Positions 55,437 through 64,000 of a stretch of 64,000 nucleotides of DNA are shown here, piece by piece. Source of the stretch: a bacterium (GTDB lineage: Bacteria > Vulcanimicrobiota > JABDET01); NCBI GenBank assembly GCA_021817145.1, contig JAKAVV010000013.1, positions 3,141-67,140 of the forward strand, in the 5' to 3' direction. The position numbers were made by a program, and so were the translations under genes. The first letter of the stretch is position 1; each line of letters starts with the position of its first letter. The notes beneath the pieces were generated by a model. The model saw nothing but the letters and a program-made list of their open reading frames with translations, was not told the origin of the DNA and searched no databases.

Positions 55437-56650
55437 ATTTCTACCGCGCTTAAGACAGGTATGGTAAAACAAAAAGCGCTCCCCTTTCCCAAAGCGCTCT
55501 CTACCCAGATAGCTCCTCCATGAGCTTCTACAATGTGCTTGGCAATAGACAAGCCCAATCCCCTTCCACCTGTGCTTGTTGAACGATCTGTTTCTACCCT
55601 GTAAAATCTTTCGAAAACTCTTTCTCTTTCCCCTTCAGGAATTCCAGGACCAGTATCTTTAACAGAGACTTTTAAAAATCCATCTTCCTGTTCGCACGAA
55701 ATTTGAATATTACCGCCAGGAGGGGTATATTTAATCGCATTATCCATTAAATTAATTAAAACTTGTTCTAATCGATCCTCATCCCCATTGACATCAGGAA
55801 GATTCTCGTTCAAATGGAAGGACAAGGAAATCTTTTTTTTCTCCGCATAATCTTTCAAAAAATCTCCTGCATCCTGAACCAGTTGTCCCAGATCAATAAG
55901 ATGCTGATTCATCCGAGTTCTCTTGGATTCCATCATGCTGAGATCTAAAAGATCGCGAATTAAACGGTTTAATCTCTCAGTTTCTTCATAAATAATTCCT
56001 AAAAATTTCTTTGACATTTCAGGATCTGCGGCTGCCCCGTCCATCAGAGTTTCCACATAACCTTTAATACAGGTAAGTGGGGTGCGCAGCTCATGGGAGA
56101 TATTAGAAACAAACTGCGCCATTACCTCTTCCAAACGGCATCTGAGAGCAGCTTCTCTCTGAGCCTCGTAAACCAATCGATCAACGGTAATGCGAGGATC
56201 AGGAGAAATAAAAGTGTGTCCGACATGAATCACAACTTTCTCTTTTACGGAGTGTGTTCTTGCCCAACTCACAGCTTTCAGTTCCAACTTTTTGCTGATT
56301 CGATAGGAGACCAGTTTTAAGTCAGCGAGAGAAAGAGCCTCTTTATGGCGAGGAGTCGAGAACAGAAACAAGATAAACGATTCCCCTCCAGGTCGTGTCA
56401 CGCAAACCAGATCCTCCTCTCGGTAAAGCTTCCCCTTCGATTCCTGAAAAATCTGTCCAATCTGCTCGAGAAGTTCTCTGCACTTTTCTTTGCCGTACAT
56501 CTCTTCCAATTCTCTAAATCCGGCGATCTCGAAGTACAAAAAACCAACCTGTTCCAATTTCAGCAAATTCTTTTCAACGTTTGAATAAACTGAGGTTAAA
56601 AAAGGAAGTCCTGTCGTTGGATCCGTTAAAAAAGAAAGCTCCATCAACAT
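55433..56650 (-). CDS. Cytoplasmic histidine kinase with an N-terminal degenerate GGDEF-like domain (GGESF)
   Basis: N-terminus ..DPTTGLPF..(about 60 aa)..RPGGESFILFL resembles the GGDEF fold but lacks the GG(D/E)EF catalytic motif. Followed by HisKA ..ISHELRTPLT.. and HATPase_c (..DTGPGIPEGERERVFERFYR..GGRGLGLSIAK..). Confidence 0.75.
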   Translation of the reverse strand: MLMELSFLTDPTTGLPFLTSVYSNVEKNLLKLEQVGFLYFEIAGFRELEEMYGKEKCRELLEQIGQIFQESKGKLYREEDLVCVTRPGGESFILFLFSTPRHKEALSLADLKLVSYRISKKLELKAVSWARTHSVKEKVVIHVGHTFISPDPRITVDRLVYEAQREAALRCRLEEVMAQFVSNISHELRTPLTCIKGYVETLMDGAAADPEMSKKFLGIIYEETERLNRLIRDLLDLSMMESKRTRMNQHLIDLGQLVQDAGDFLKDYAEKKKISLSFHLNENLPDVNGDEDRLEQVLINLMDNAIKYTPPGGNIQISCEQEDGFLKVSVKDTGPGIPEGERERVFERFYRVETDRSTSTGGRGLGLSIAKHIVEAHGGAIWVESALGKGSAFCFTIPVLSAVEI

Positions 56651-57346
56651 CTAGCCTTCTTCATCATATTGGAACTTATACCCAATTCCATGAATGGTCT
56701 TTAAATATTTAGGGAGAGATGGATCCTCTTCGATTTTCTGGCGGATGCGTCTGACATGGACATCCACTGTTCTGGTATCCCCAAGATAATCGTATCCCCA
56801 GAGCTGCTCAAGAAGAAAATCGCGCGTAAAAACCTTCCCACGGTTAGTTGCCAGAAGTTTCAGCAATTCAAACTCTTTAGGTTTTAAATCAACCCTTTCT
56901 CCTTTGACCAGAACTTCATGTTTCGCTAAATTCATGGAAATCTCTTTTACCGTGATCTCTTCCTGTTCTTCAGGGCGAATGCTGGTTCTTCTCAAAATCG
57001 CTTTTACTCTGGCTGTCAGCTCGCGAGGGCTGAAAGGCTTTGTCACATAATCGTCGGCCCCCAATTCAAGCCCTAAGATTTTATCAATTTCTTCTCCTTT
57101 AGCCGTTGCCATCAAAATAGGAATTTTACTTTCTTTTCGAATCTGGCGGCAAACTTCAAGCCCTCCCTGACCAGGGAGCATAATATCCAGAATCACCAGA
57201 TCCGGCTTCTCCTCTTTCGCCAGTTTTACTGCTTCAATTCCATCAAAAGCAGTAACCACTTCATACCCCTCTTTTTCCAAGTTGAACTTTAGAAGTTCAA
57301 CGATATTCCTTTCATCATCTACGACTAAAACTTTCTCTTTTGCCAC
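56651..57346 (-). CDS. OmpR/PhoB-family DNA-binding response regulator
   Basis: Receiver domain (..VLVVDDERNIVELL..DLVILDIMLPGQGG..) and winged-helix output domain (..RVDLKPKEFELLKLL..TVDVHVRRIRQKIE..). Confidence 0.9.
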   Translation of the reverse strand: MAKEKVLVVDDERNIVELLKFNLEKEGYEVVTAFDGIEAVKLAKEEKPDLVILDIMLPGQGGLEVCRQIRKESKIPILMATAKGEEIDKILGLELGADDYVTKPFSPRELTARVKAILRRTSIRPEEQEEITVKEISMNLAKHEVLVKGERVDLKPKEFELLKLLATNRGKVFTRDFLLEQLWGYDYLGDTRTVDVHVRRIRQKIEEDPSLPKYLKTIHGIGYKFQYDEEG

Positions 57347-57358
57347 TCGATCACCACC

Positions 57359-58135
57359 TTAATAGTTTTTATCCGGAAGTTGAAGAACCCCTGCCATCCG
57401 CCCTGTTTTCCCTTTATCTCTCCGATGGGAAAAGAAAAGATCGGCAGAACAGGAAGTGCAGAGATTGGCACGATCAATTCTCTGAGCATCCACCCCTTTC
57501 TTTAAAAGAATTTGAAAATTTGCCTCCCACAAATCCACATAAATTCTTTCTTCTTTCTGAGCTAAAACCTTTTTCCCAAACTTGCTCTGAAAAGGCTCCC
57601 ATACATCGGATTTCACTTCAAAACAGCAGGGCCCAATGGATGGACCGATTGCGGCAATTAAATCAGCGGGTTTAGAGTTGAAATTCTCTTCCATGCTCTC
57701 AATAGCCCGACACACCACTTCCCGTAAAGTGGAGCGCCAGCCAGCATGAATCAGCCCTCCTGCGCGCTTTCTTATATCCCATAAATAAACAGGGACGCAG
57801 TCAGCAAAAAATATCGCTAAGGAAAGACCCGAAATATCTGAAACAATAGCATCAGCTTTAGGAAGATCCGGCTCTTTTGGGATTGGAGTCCCCTGTTTTA
57901 AAGCCAAAACAGTATCTCCATGGACCTGCCATGCAAGAGCTGAGAGTTTAATTCCTTCTTCTTTCTCCACAATTCTTCGGTTTTCTTGAACTTTCCCCGG
58001 AGTATCCCCTGTTGTCATTCCAAGATTCAAACTCTCATAAGGAGGGCTGCTGACCCCCCCTAATCTCATCGTAAAAAAACTATGAATTCCCTTCTCACCC
58101 AAAAGAGAAGATCTCCAAACTTTAATCATCCCCAC
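57359..58135 (-). CDS. pgeF: Peptidoglycan editing factor PgeF/YfiH (DUF152, 'laccase-domain' protein)
   Basis: ..SPPYESLNLGMTTGD.., ..QVHGDTV.., ..ADCVPVYLWD.., ..IHAGWRSTL.. family motifs. Confidence 0.8.
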   Translation of the reverse strand: MGMIKVWRSSLLGEKGIHSFFTMRLGGVSSPPYESLNLGMTTGDTPGKVQENRRIVEKEEGIKLSALAWQVHGDTVLALKQGTPIPKEPDLPKADAIVSDISGLSLAIFFADCVPVYLWDIRKRAGGLIHAGWRSTLREVVCRAIESMEENFNSKPADLIAAIGPSIGPCCFEVKSDVWEPFQSKFGKKVLAQKEERIYVDLWEANFQILLKKGVDAQRIDRANLCTSCSADLFFSHRRDKGKTGRMAGVLQLPDKNY

Positions 58136-58236
58136 TACCTTCTACTATATCTTATTATTGACAAAATGACAAGACCCTTTTCAAAAAAAAATAAAAATCT
58201 TCTTTTGGATTAAATTTGCAAATAGAAGTTTTCTCC

Positions 58237-59007
58237 TCAAGAAAACCAGAAAAGCATAATAATTGAAGCCGCTATTCCCGCTGTTTCAGACCTTAAGATC
58301 TGATCTCCCAAAGAAATCAGCGGGATTTTTGCAGTACAAGCCATATCTGCTTCCTGTTCAGAAAATCCCCCCTCAGGACCAATAAAAAGAGTAACGGAAG
58401 AATTTTTTATGGGAGAAGGAAAAACTCGAGACAGCGCGGACTTTACAGGCTCTGCGGATCCCTGCCCTAAATTCGATCTCGAGCAAAAAAAAAGAGGGTG
58501 TTCTGTATATTCATGGATCGCTTTTTCAAAAGAAATAGGCGGGAGAATCTCAGGAATAAAACTTCTGCCAGACTGCTCGCAGGCATTTTGAACAATCGTT
58601 TTCCAGCGAATTAACTTCTTTTCGAACCCTCTTTTCTCTTCAATTTCCGTATACTGCGTAATCATGGGAACAAAGGCATAAACGCCTAATTCTGTTCCTT
58701 TTTCAAGAAGCCATTCCCATCTTTCTTTTTTAATCATTGCTTGACAGAGGTAAACTCGTGGTTCAGGCAGCTGCCTCCCATTAAAAACAGAGATAATTTC
58801 AACTTCTCTGTGATTAGAGCCGATTGAGCTGGATCTCAAATTCAGCAGTTTTACGAGATACTCATTCCCTGTTCCATCAAATAAAACAATCGAATCCCCC
58901 GCCTTCATCCGCAAAACCTTAACCGCATGGTTGTAAACAGACTCGGTCAGCTCAATCCGATTACCTTGAATCTGCTGCTGGGGAATATAAAAACGAGCCA
59001 AACCCAC
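58237..59007 (-). CDS. rsmE: 16S rRNA (uracil1498-N3)-methyltransferase RsmE
   Basis: ..ARFYIP..GNRIELTESVYNHAVKVLRMKAGD.. PUA-like N-domain and SPOUT C-domain (..LFIGPEGGFSEQE..). Confidence 0.85.
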   Translation of the reverse strand: MGLARFYIPQQQIQGNRIELTESVYNHAVKVLRMKAGDSIVLFDGTGNEYLVKLLNLRSSSIGSNHREVEIISVFNGRQLPEPRVYLCQAMIKKERWEWLLEKGTELGVYAFVPMITQYTEIEEKRGFEKKLIRWKTIVQNACEQSGRSFIPEILPPISFEKAIHEYTEHPLFFCSRSNLGQGSAEPVKSALSRVFPSPIKNSSVTLFIGPEGGFSEQEADMACTAKIPLISLGDQILRSETAGIAASIIMLFWFS

Positions 59008-59062
59008 TCTAGAATTTTTCTTTAGGATAACGACTTATTCCTCTGCCATTCTGACAGCCCTG

Positions 59063-59890
59063 TTAAACCATACCTGGATAGAACGCATTGTAAAACAAAG
59101 CGTAATTCGCTCGCACGGTGTCACAAATACTTTTTCCTAGAACATTCACAAAATCAACAGCCACAGGTTCCACTTTGCGGCGTATATGATGGTCTCCATA
59201 AATCGTGTGATATTGATCGTTTTCCTGCGTTAATTGCGCTATATTGTTAAAATCATGCTCAAAATAAGGTTCATCCAGATAATCATAAACCTGCTTCATG
59301 ACTTTCCCAGGGTTAGAAGTCAAATCCTCAAAACGCACAATATGGAGCTGTTTCAGCAAGTTGGTTTGAACTGCTTCGATAAGCCTCGCAACAGCAATGC
59401 CGACAGGAGGGGCATTAAGCCAGTGCATCACGCGATTATTAACTGTTATCATGGTCAAAGCGCCTGTGACTTCATCGGGGTCTGAACGGTCTCGATTTTT
59501 ATGGAAAAGTTTTTCCATAGAGGAAAGCACAGCGCGCAGATCACGGATGCAAACAATATATTTAGGATTGGGCGCGAATTGTTTAATCCAGTCATGGTAA
59601 TGAAACCAGGCGCGGCATTTGTCCACACAGACAGGCTTGTCCGTTATACCTTCGAAAAATCCATTAATGGCGTATCTGCAGTATTGAATAAACCCTTTCT
59701 GCATAAGAGCAGGATCCTGAGCCTTGAACTCGGCTAATTCAGTGTAATATTTTCGGGATGCCAACAGCAGATCCAGAACCCCACTGGTTGGGGTACAGTA
59801 AAATCGAGGATTCTGCGCAAGAATATTCTGCATCAGAGTAGAACCTGAGCGCGGCAGAGAAGAGTTAAATACTATTTTCTTATCGAACAT
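59063..59890 (-). CDS. Sulfotransferase-family protein (PAPS-dependent)
   Basis: 5'-PSB loop ..SLPRSGSTLMQNIL.. and the 3'-PB region ..IVCIRDLRAVLSS.. Confidence 0.75.
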   Translation of the reverse strand: MFDKKIVFNSSLPRSGSTLMQNILAQNPRFYCTPTSGVLDLLLASRKYYTELAEFKAQDPALMQKGFIQYCRYAINGFFEGITDKPVCVDKCRAWFHYHDWIKQFAPNPKYIVCIRDLRAVLSSMEKLFHKNRDRSDPDEVTGALTMITVNNRVMHWLNAPPVGIAVARLIEAVQTNLLKQLHIVRFEDLTSNPGKVMKQVYDYLDEPYFEHDFNNIAQLTQENDQYHTIYGDHHIRRKVEPVAVDFVNVLGKSICDTVRANYALFYNAFYPGMV

Positions 59891-60033
59891 AAATATCTCC
59901 TTTGATCACACCATCCCATCCTTATCCCTTATCATTTTAGAAGAGAGAGTTATCTTCCTCTTGCATTTCATCCTGTAACTTTCACTGCATTACAGGAAAA
60001 GAACCGAAAAAAGAGAAACAAAACTGGATAAAA

Positions 60034-61425
60034 ATGGGCGAATTATTTAAAGCGCTGAGAGGAACCAATGATCTTCTTCCCCCTGAAACCCAAAAATGGG
60101 TTTTTATGGAAGAAGCCATCAGACAGAAAGCTGAATCTTTTGGATTCCAGGAGATCCGCACCCCTATTTTTGAGCATACTGAGCTGTTCTCCCGTGGAAT
60201 TGGAGAAGGAACAGATATAACCGCTAAAGAGATGTACACTTTTACTGACAAAGGAGGGAGAAGCATAACTCTGAGACCTGAATTAACCGCTCCGGCTGTT
60301 AGAGCTTATCTGGAACATTTCCCTATGCCTGCAGCGCGAATTGAAGAAATTGAAGGAAAGAAACGAAAAATTCTTTTAGGAACTCCTCCTCTTGTAAAAT
60401 GGTATTATCTGGGACCTGCTTTTCGATATGAAAGACCACAGAGCGGGAGATACAGACAGTTTCACCAATTTGGCGTAGAAGTCATTGGCTCGCAAAACCC
60501 TGATATTGACCTTGAAGTTATTCTTCTAGCCCTTGAAATTTTTAAAACCTTAAATCTCCAGAATCTAGAAATAAAACTGAACTCTATTGGATGTTCGAAG
60601 TGCAGACCAAGCTATAGAGAAGCTTTAAAAAAGCACTTTTATCCTTATTTAGAGCAGCTGTGCGAAGACTGCAGAACTCACCGCTATGAAAAGAATCCCC
60701 TTCGAATTCTTGACTGCAAATCTCAAAAATGCGCTCCATTTTTGCATGAAGCCCCTATTCCCGCTGATTATCTGTGTGAAGAATGCCAAAACCATTTTAA
60801 AAAGCTGCAAAAAAAATTAACTAATCTCCAGGTTGTTTATTCTCTTGATCCCCGCCTTGTTCGAGGACTGGATTATTACACAAAAACGGTTTTCGAAGTT
60901 ATTTCAAGCTCTCTGGGAGCGCAGAACTCCATTTGTGGAGGGGGAAGATACGATGATTTGGGTGAAATACTTGGAGGACCATCTGTGCCTGCTGTTGGAT
61001 TTGCCGCAGGAATGGAGCGTTTGATCCTGCTGCTTAAAGACAACTTTGCAGACAGTGGGAAAACCTCTCTTGTTTATGCTGTCACTTTAGGAGAAAAAGC
61101 GGAAGAATTTATGCTTCCTCTTGTTTTTAATCTTCGGAAAGAAGCTGGCGATAGAAAAATAAAACTTAAAATCGAAAGAGATTATCAAAATCGAAATTTG
61201 GGAACCCAATTAAAAGAAGCCAACAGATTAGGAGCCGAGTTCGCCTTGATTCTTGGTGAAAATGAACTTGCTGAAAACAAACTTATTTTAAGAAACCTTG
61301 CTGCCAGGCAGCAGGAGGATCTTTTTTTCAAACAGAGTGAAAACCCAAAAGGAATTGTAGAGGATCTTTCAAACCGCATCTTAGAGAAGATTAATTATGG
61401 AAAACAGCCCTTATATTCCCATTAA
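60034..61425 (+). CDS. hisS: Histidine--tRNA ligase
   Basis: Class-II aaRS motifs 1-3 (..RGTNDLLP.., ..FRYERPQSGRYRQFHQFGVE.., ..GGGRYDDL..GFAAGMERL..) and the C-terminal anticodon-binding domain. Confidence 0.95.
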   Translation: MGELFKALRGTNDLLPPETQKWVFMEEAIRQKAESFGFQEIRTPIFEHTELFSRGIGEGTDITAKEMYTFTDKGGRSITLRPELTAPAVRAYLEHFPMPAARIEEIEGKKRKILLGTPPLVKWYYLGPAFRYERPQSGRYRQFHQFGVEVIGSQNPDIDLEVILLALEIFKTLNLQNLEIKLNSIGCSKCRPSYREALKKHFYPYLEQLCEDCRTHRYEKNPLRILDCKSQKCAPFLHEAPIPADYLCEECQNHFKKLQKKLTNLQVVYSLDPRLVRGLDYYTKTVFEVISSSLGAQNSICGGGRYDDLGEILGGPSVPAVGFAAGMERLILLLKDNFADSGKTSLVYAVTLGEKAEEFMLPLVFNLRKEAGDRKIKLKIERDYQNRNLGTQLKEANRLGAEFALILGENELAENKLILRNLAARQQEDLFFKQSENPKGIVEDLSNRILEKINYGKQPLYSH

Positions 61426-61855
61426 CCTTATTCTAGATTTTTTAAATCTGGCTCAAACCCACACTCTGGAAGAGTTAACCATAACCACTCCTGAAGGGAA
61501 ATTTTTTGTATCAAGAGCTGAAGCCCCTTCTTCCTCTCCTGCTGCTCTGGAAGTTATTCAATCCCACCCTATTCCTGTTCAAGAATCAGAGCCCCAGGAC
61601 TCTACTTTGTATAAGGTAGTCTCCCCTTTAATCGGAGTTTTTTATGAAACCCCATCCCCTGGAGCAAAGCCTTTTGTAGAAATAGGAGACACAGTGTCTC
61701 CTGGAGATCCGCTTTGTATTATTGAAGCAATGAAAGTCATGAATGAAGTGGTTTCAGATACTGCTGGAATTATAGAAGCTGTCCTGGCAAAAAATGGACA
61801 AGTGGTTGAAACAGGGGAAACCCTGTTCCTTATTCGAAGAAAAGGAATCGCATGA
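61397..61855 (+). CDS. accB: Biotin carboxyl carrier protein-like (biotinyl/lipoyl domain)
   Basis: ..GDPLCIIEAMKVMNEV.. biotinylation motif (EAMKM-like) within a C-terminal hybrid-barrel domain. N-terminal Pro/Ala-rich linker. Confidence 0.7.
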   Translation: MENSPYIPINLILDFLNLAQTHTLEELTITTPEGKFFVSRAEAPSSSPAALEVIQSHPIPVQESEPQDSTLYKVVSPLIGVFYETPSPGAKPFVEIGDTVSPGDPLCIIEAMKVMNEVVSDTAGIIEAVLAKNGQVVETGETLFLIRRKGIA

Positions 61856-63594
61856 CACCAAAAACAAACCCTTACAAACGACTTTTTTCTTACGTGCTTC
61901 CCTACTGGAAAACGATCCTTCTGGTTTTAGTCTGTACTATTTTTGTGAATGGCGCAACACTTGCTCTACCCCTTTTGATCCGCGACTTGTTAAACAAAGT
62001 CCTGCTCAAAAAAGAGCTTTTTTATCTTGACATTATTGTAATATCAGTTCTTGTTCTTGTGGCGGTAAAAGGATTTTTCACATACTGCCAGGGGTATCTT
62101 ATGAATTTCATAGGGTACTCTTCTATCAAAAAGATTCGAGAAGAAACGTTTATTAAACTTCAACATCTTCCTATGAGCTTTTTTGAAACCTGGAAAAGCG
62201 GAGAGATCTTTTCAAGATTGACGAATGATGTGGCTGTTCTAACCAATATCTTCAGCTCTACCATTGTTTTCCTTGTGAATGATACTCTGGTTTTAATCGG
62301 GGCATTATCCTGGATGTTCTGGAAAAATCCCTGGCTCACATTATTGATTTTTGCCATAAGCCCTGCGATTGGATTTGCTGTAGTAAAATTTGGGAAATGG
62401 ATGAACCAGGTAACAGCTAAAACCCAGGCTAAGATCGCTGAATTATCCCATGTCATGTTTGAAGGAATTCTTGGAATTCACGTCGTGAAAAGTTATGGCA
62501 GAGAAGAAAAGGAAATCCAAAAATTCAAAGCTAAAAATGAAGAGTATTTTACCTGGTCTATGAAATCTACACAAGTCTCTTTTACTCAACTCCCTCTTGT
62601 TGAATTTTTGACTTCGATCGGAATTGCTTCTGTTGTTTACTTCGGTGGATATGAGGTTATTCAAGGGAAATTCACTCTGGGAGGAATGTTTGCTTTTTGG
62701 GGGTACATGGTCCTTGCCACAAACCCTATTTTTCGACTTTCTTCAAATATCACAAATTTGCAAAGAGCAAACGCGGCAGCCAAACGAATTTTCGAGATCC
62801 TGGACTCAGAAGAAGAACCTGAAATTCCCAATCCTGTTATTCCGCAGGAAGTCCACGGAGAAATTAAATTTTCTAATGTCTGGTTTAAATACAAGCCCGG
62901 TGAAAATTGGGCTCTTAAAGAAGTCAATCTATCCGTTAAACCAGGACAAATCATTGCTGTAGTAGGACCCAGTGGAGCAGGAAAAACCAGTCTTGTCGAG
63001 CTGATCCCAAAGTTTTACAAACCAACTCATGGGAAAATCACTCTGGATGGAGTTGATATTTCCCAAATCCCATCCACTCTTCTTCGTTCTTATGTTGGAA
63101 TTGTCGCTCAAGAAACTTTCCTGTTTGCAGGAACAGTTAAGGAGAACATTGCTTATGGAGTATCTAATCCCTTGTTTGAGGAGATTATCCAAGCGGCTAA
63201 AACAGCAAATGCTCATGAATTTATCCTTAAACTGAAAAATGGATATGATACTGTTCTTGGAGAAAGAGGGGTCAATCTATCTGTTGGACAGAGACAAAGA
63301 ATCTCTATTGCCAGAGCCGTTTTGCGAAATCCTAAAATTCTAATTTTAGATGAAGCGACTTCCAGTGTTGACACAGAATCTGAAGCTTTGATTCAAGAAG
63401 CTCTGGAAAGATTAATGGTTGGAAGAACCTCTTTCGTGATTGCTCATCGGCTTTCTACCATTCGAAATGCGAACCAAATTATAGCGATCCAGGATGGTAA
63501 AATCGTGCAAGCTGGCTCCCATCAAGATCTTCTTGCCCAAGCAGGTCTCTACTCTCGGCTTTATTCAGCTCAAAGTCAAGTGGTAGAAGCTTAA
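61852..63594 (+). CDS. msbA: ABC transporter permease/ATPase, MsbA-like lipid exporter
   Basis: Six-TM ABC exporter domain. Walker A ..GPSGAGKTS.., signature ..LSVGQRQR.., Walker B ..ILILDEATS.., H-loop ..IAHRLST.. Confidence 0.85.
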   Translation: MTPKTNPYKRLFSYVLPYWKTILLVLVCTIFVNGATLALPLLIRDLLNKVLLKKELFYLDIIVISVLVLVAVKGFFTYCQGYLMNFIGYSSIKKIREETFIKLQHLPMSFFETWKSGEIFSRLTNDVAVLTNIFSSTIVFLVNDTLVLIGALSWMFWKNPWLTLLIFAISPAIGFAVVKFGKWMNQVTAKTQAKIAELSHVMFEGILGIHVVKSYGREEKEIQKFKAKNEEYFTWSMKSTQVSFTQLPLVEFLTSIGIASVVYFGGYEVIQGKFTLGGMFAFWGYMVLATNPIFRLSSNITNLQRANAAAKRIFEILDSEEEPEIPNPVIPQEVHGEIKFSNVWFKYKPGENWALKEVNLSVKPGQIIAVVGPSGAGKTSLVELIPKFYKPTHGKITLDGVDISQIPSTLLRSYVGIVAQETFLFAGTVKENIAYGVSNPLFEEIIQAAKTANAHEFILKLKNGYDTVLGERGVNLSVGQRQRISIARAVLRNPKILILDEATSSVDTESEALIQEALERLMVGRTSFVIAHRLSTIRNANQIIAIQDGKIVQAGSHQDLLAQAGLYSRLYSAQSQVVEA

Positions 63595-64000
63595 TGCAGC
63601 CGCTTAATTTTGAAGGAGTTAAACGATATTCTCTTCACGATCGCAAAAGCAAGGTCTCAAGAAAAGATTTTGGGAAACCCCTTGAGAAGGGAGGATCCTT
63701 TGGAGATTTCCTAAATTCTCTCCCTCATATTTTAGCCGGGTTAGATTTCCGCCTGATTGTGCAAGCGCTTCGGCACGCGCGAACCGAGAAAAAAACGATT
63801 ATTTGGGGAATTGGAGCCCATACCATTAAAGTTGGATTGAACCCAATTTTCATTGATCTGATGAAAGAAGGGTATATTTCAGGAATTTTAGTGAATGGCG
63901 CAGGGGTCATCCATGATGTGGAACTGGCTTTGTCGGGAAAAACCTCTGAAGAAGTTTCTTCAGCCCTCCAGGACAAAAACTTTGGAATGGCAGAAGAAAC
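63594..64000 (+). CDS. Hypothetical protein, 5' part only (runs off the window end)
   Basis: ATG at 63594 overlaps the msbA-like stop (TAATG). The frame is open to the end of the window (MQPLNFEGVKRYSLHDRKS...IWGIGAHTIKVGLNPIFIDLMKEGYISGILVNGAGVIHDVE..). No family confidently recognised. Confidence 0.35.
   Translation, partial: MQPLNFEGVKRYSLHDRKSKVSRKDFGKPLEKGGSFGDFLNSLPHILAGLDFRLIVQALRHARTEKKTIIWGIGAHTIKVGLNPIFIDLMKEGYISGILVNGAGVIHDVELALSGKTSEEVSSALQDKNFGMAEE

Overview
The window looks like a low-GC bacterial chromosome (roughly 40-45% GC by eye) with four housekeeping blocks. (1) 1-4791: a complex-I/[NiFe]-hydrogenase-like membrane module with a fused NuoC-NuoD subunit that has lost the NiFe cysteine ligands, a NuoB-like Fe-S subunit and two antiporter-like subunits ('Ehr-like'). 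(2) 9559-27371, minus strand: a large Bacillus-style flagellar operon, flgB-flgC-fliE-fliF ... fliG-fliH-fliI-fliJ-SLT-fliK-flgE-fliM-fliN-fliO-fliP-fliQ-fliR-flhB-flhA. (3) 31064-37671: a lipid-A cluster lpxC-fabZ-(GnnA-like oxidoreductase)-lpxA-lpxB plus accessory enzymes. (4) 41212-52854: a dcw cell-division cluster mraY-murD-ftsW-murG-murC-murB-ftsQ-DUF881-sbp-ftsA-ftsZ. Bacillus-like gene order together with lipid-A genes and an outer-membrane-type beta-barrel protein suggests a diderm Firmicutes-like (or related) lineage. Accessory or unusual content: a PIN-toxin pair with a non-canonical partner; a degraded O-methyltransferase remnant; a double zinc-ribbon/coiled-coil protein; a HicB N-terminal remnant; a dGTPase-family HD hydrolase plus an 81-aa partner inserted between fliF and fliG; a ~3.8-copy 74-bp hairpin-forming tandem repeat filling a convergent intergenic gap; a Uma2 endonuclease fragment between mraY and murD, where murD then lacks a canonical start codon; and degenerate GGDEF signalling proteins. 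No rRNA, tRNA or CRISPR array was recognised. The two-gene dGTPase cassette inside the flagellar operon and the 74-bp repeat array are the most system-like candidates, but neither can be called novel without database searches.
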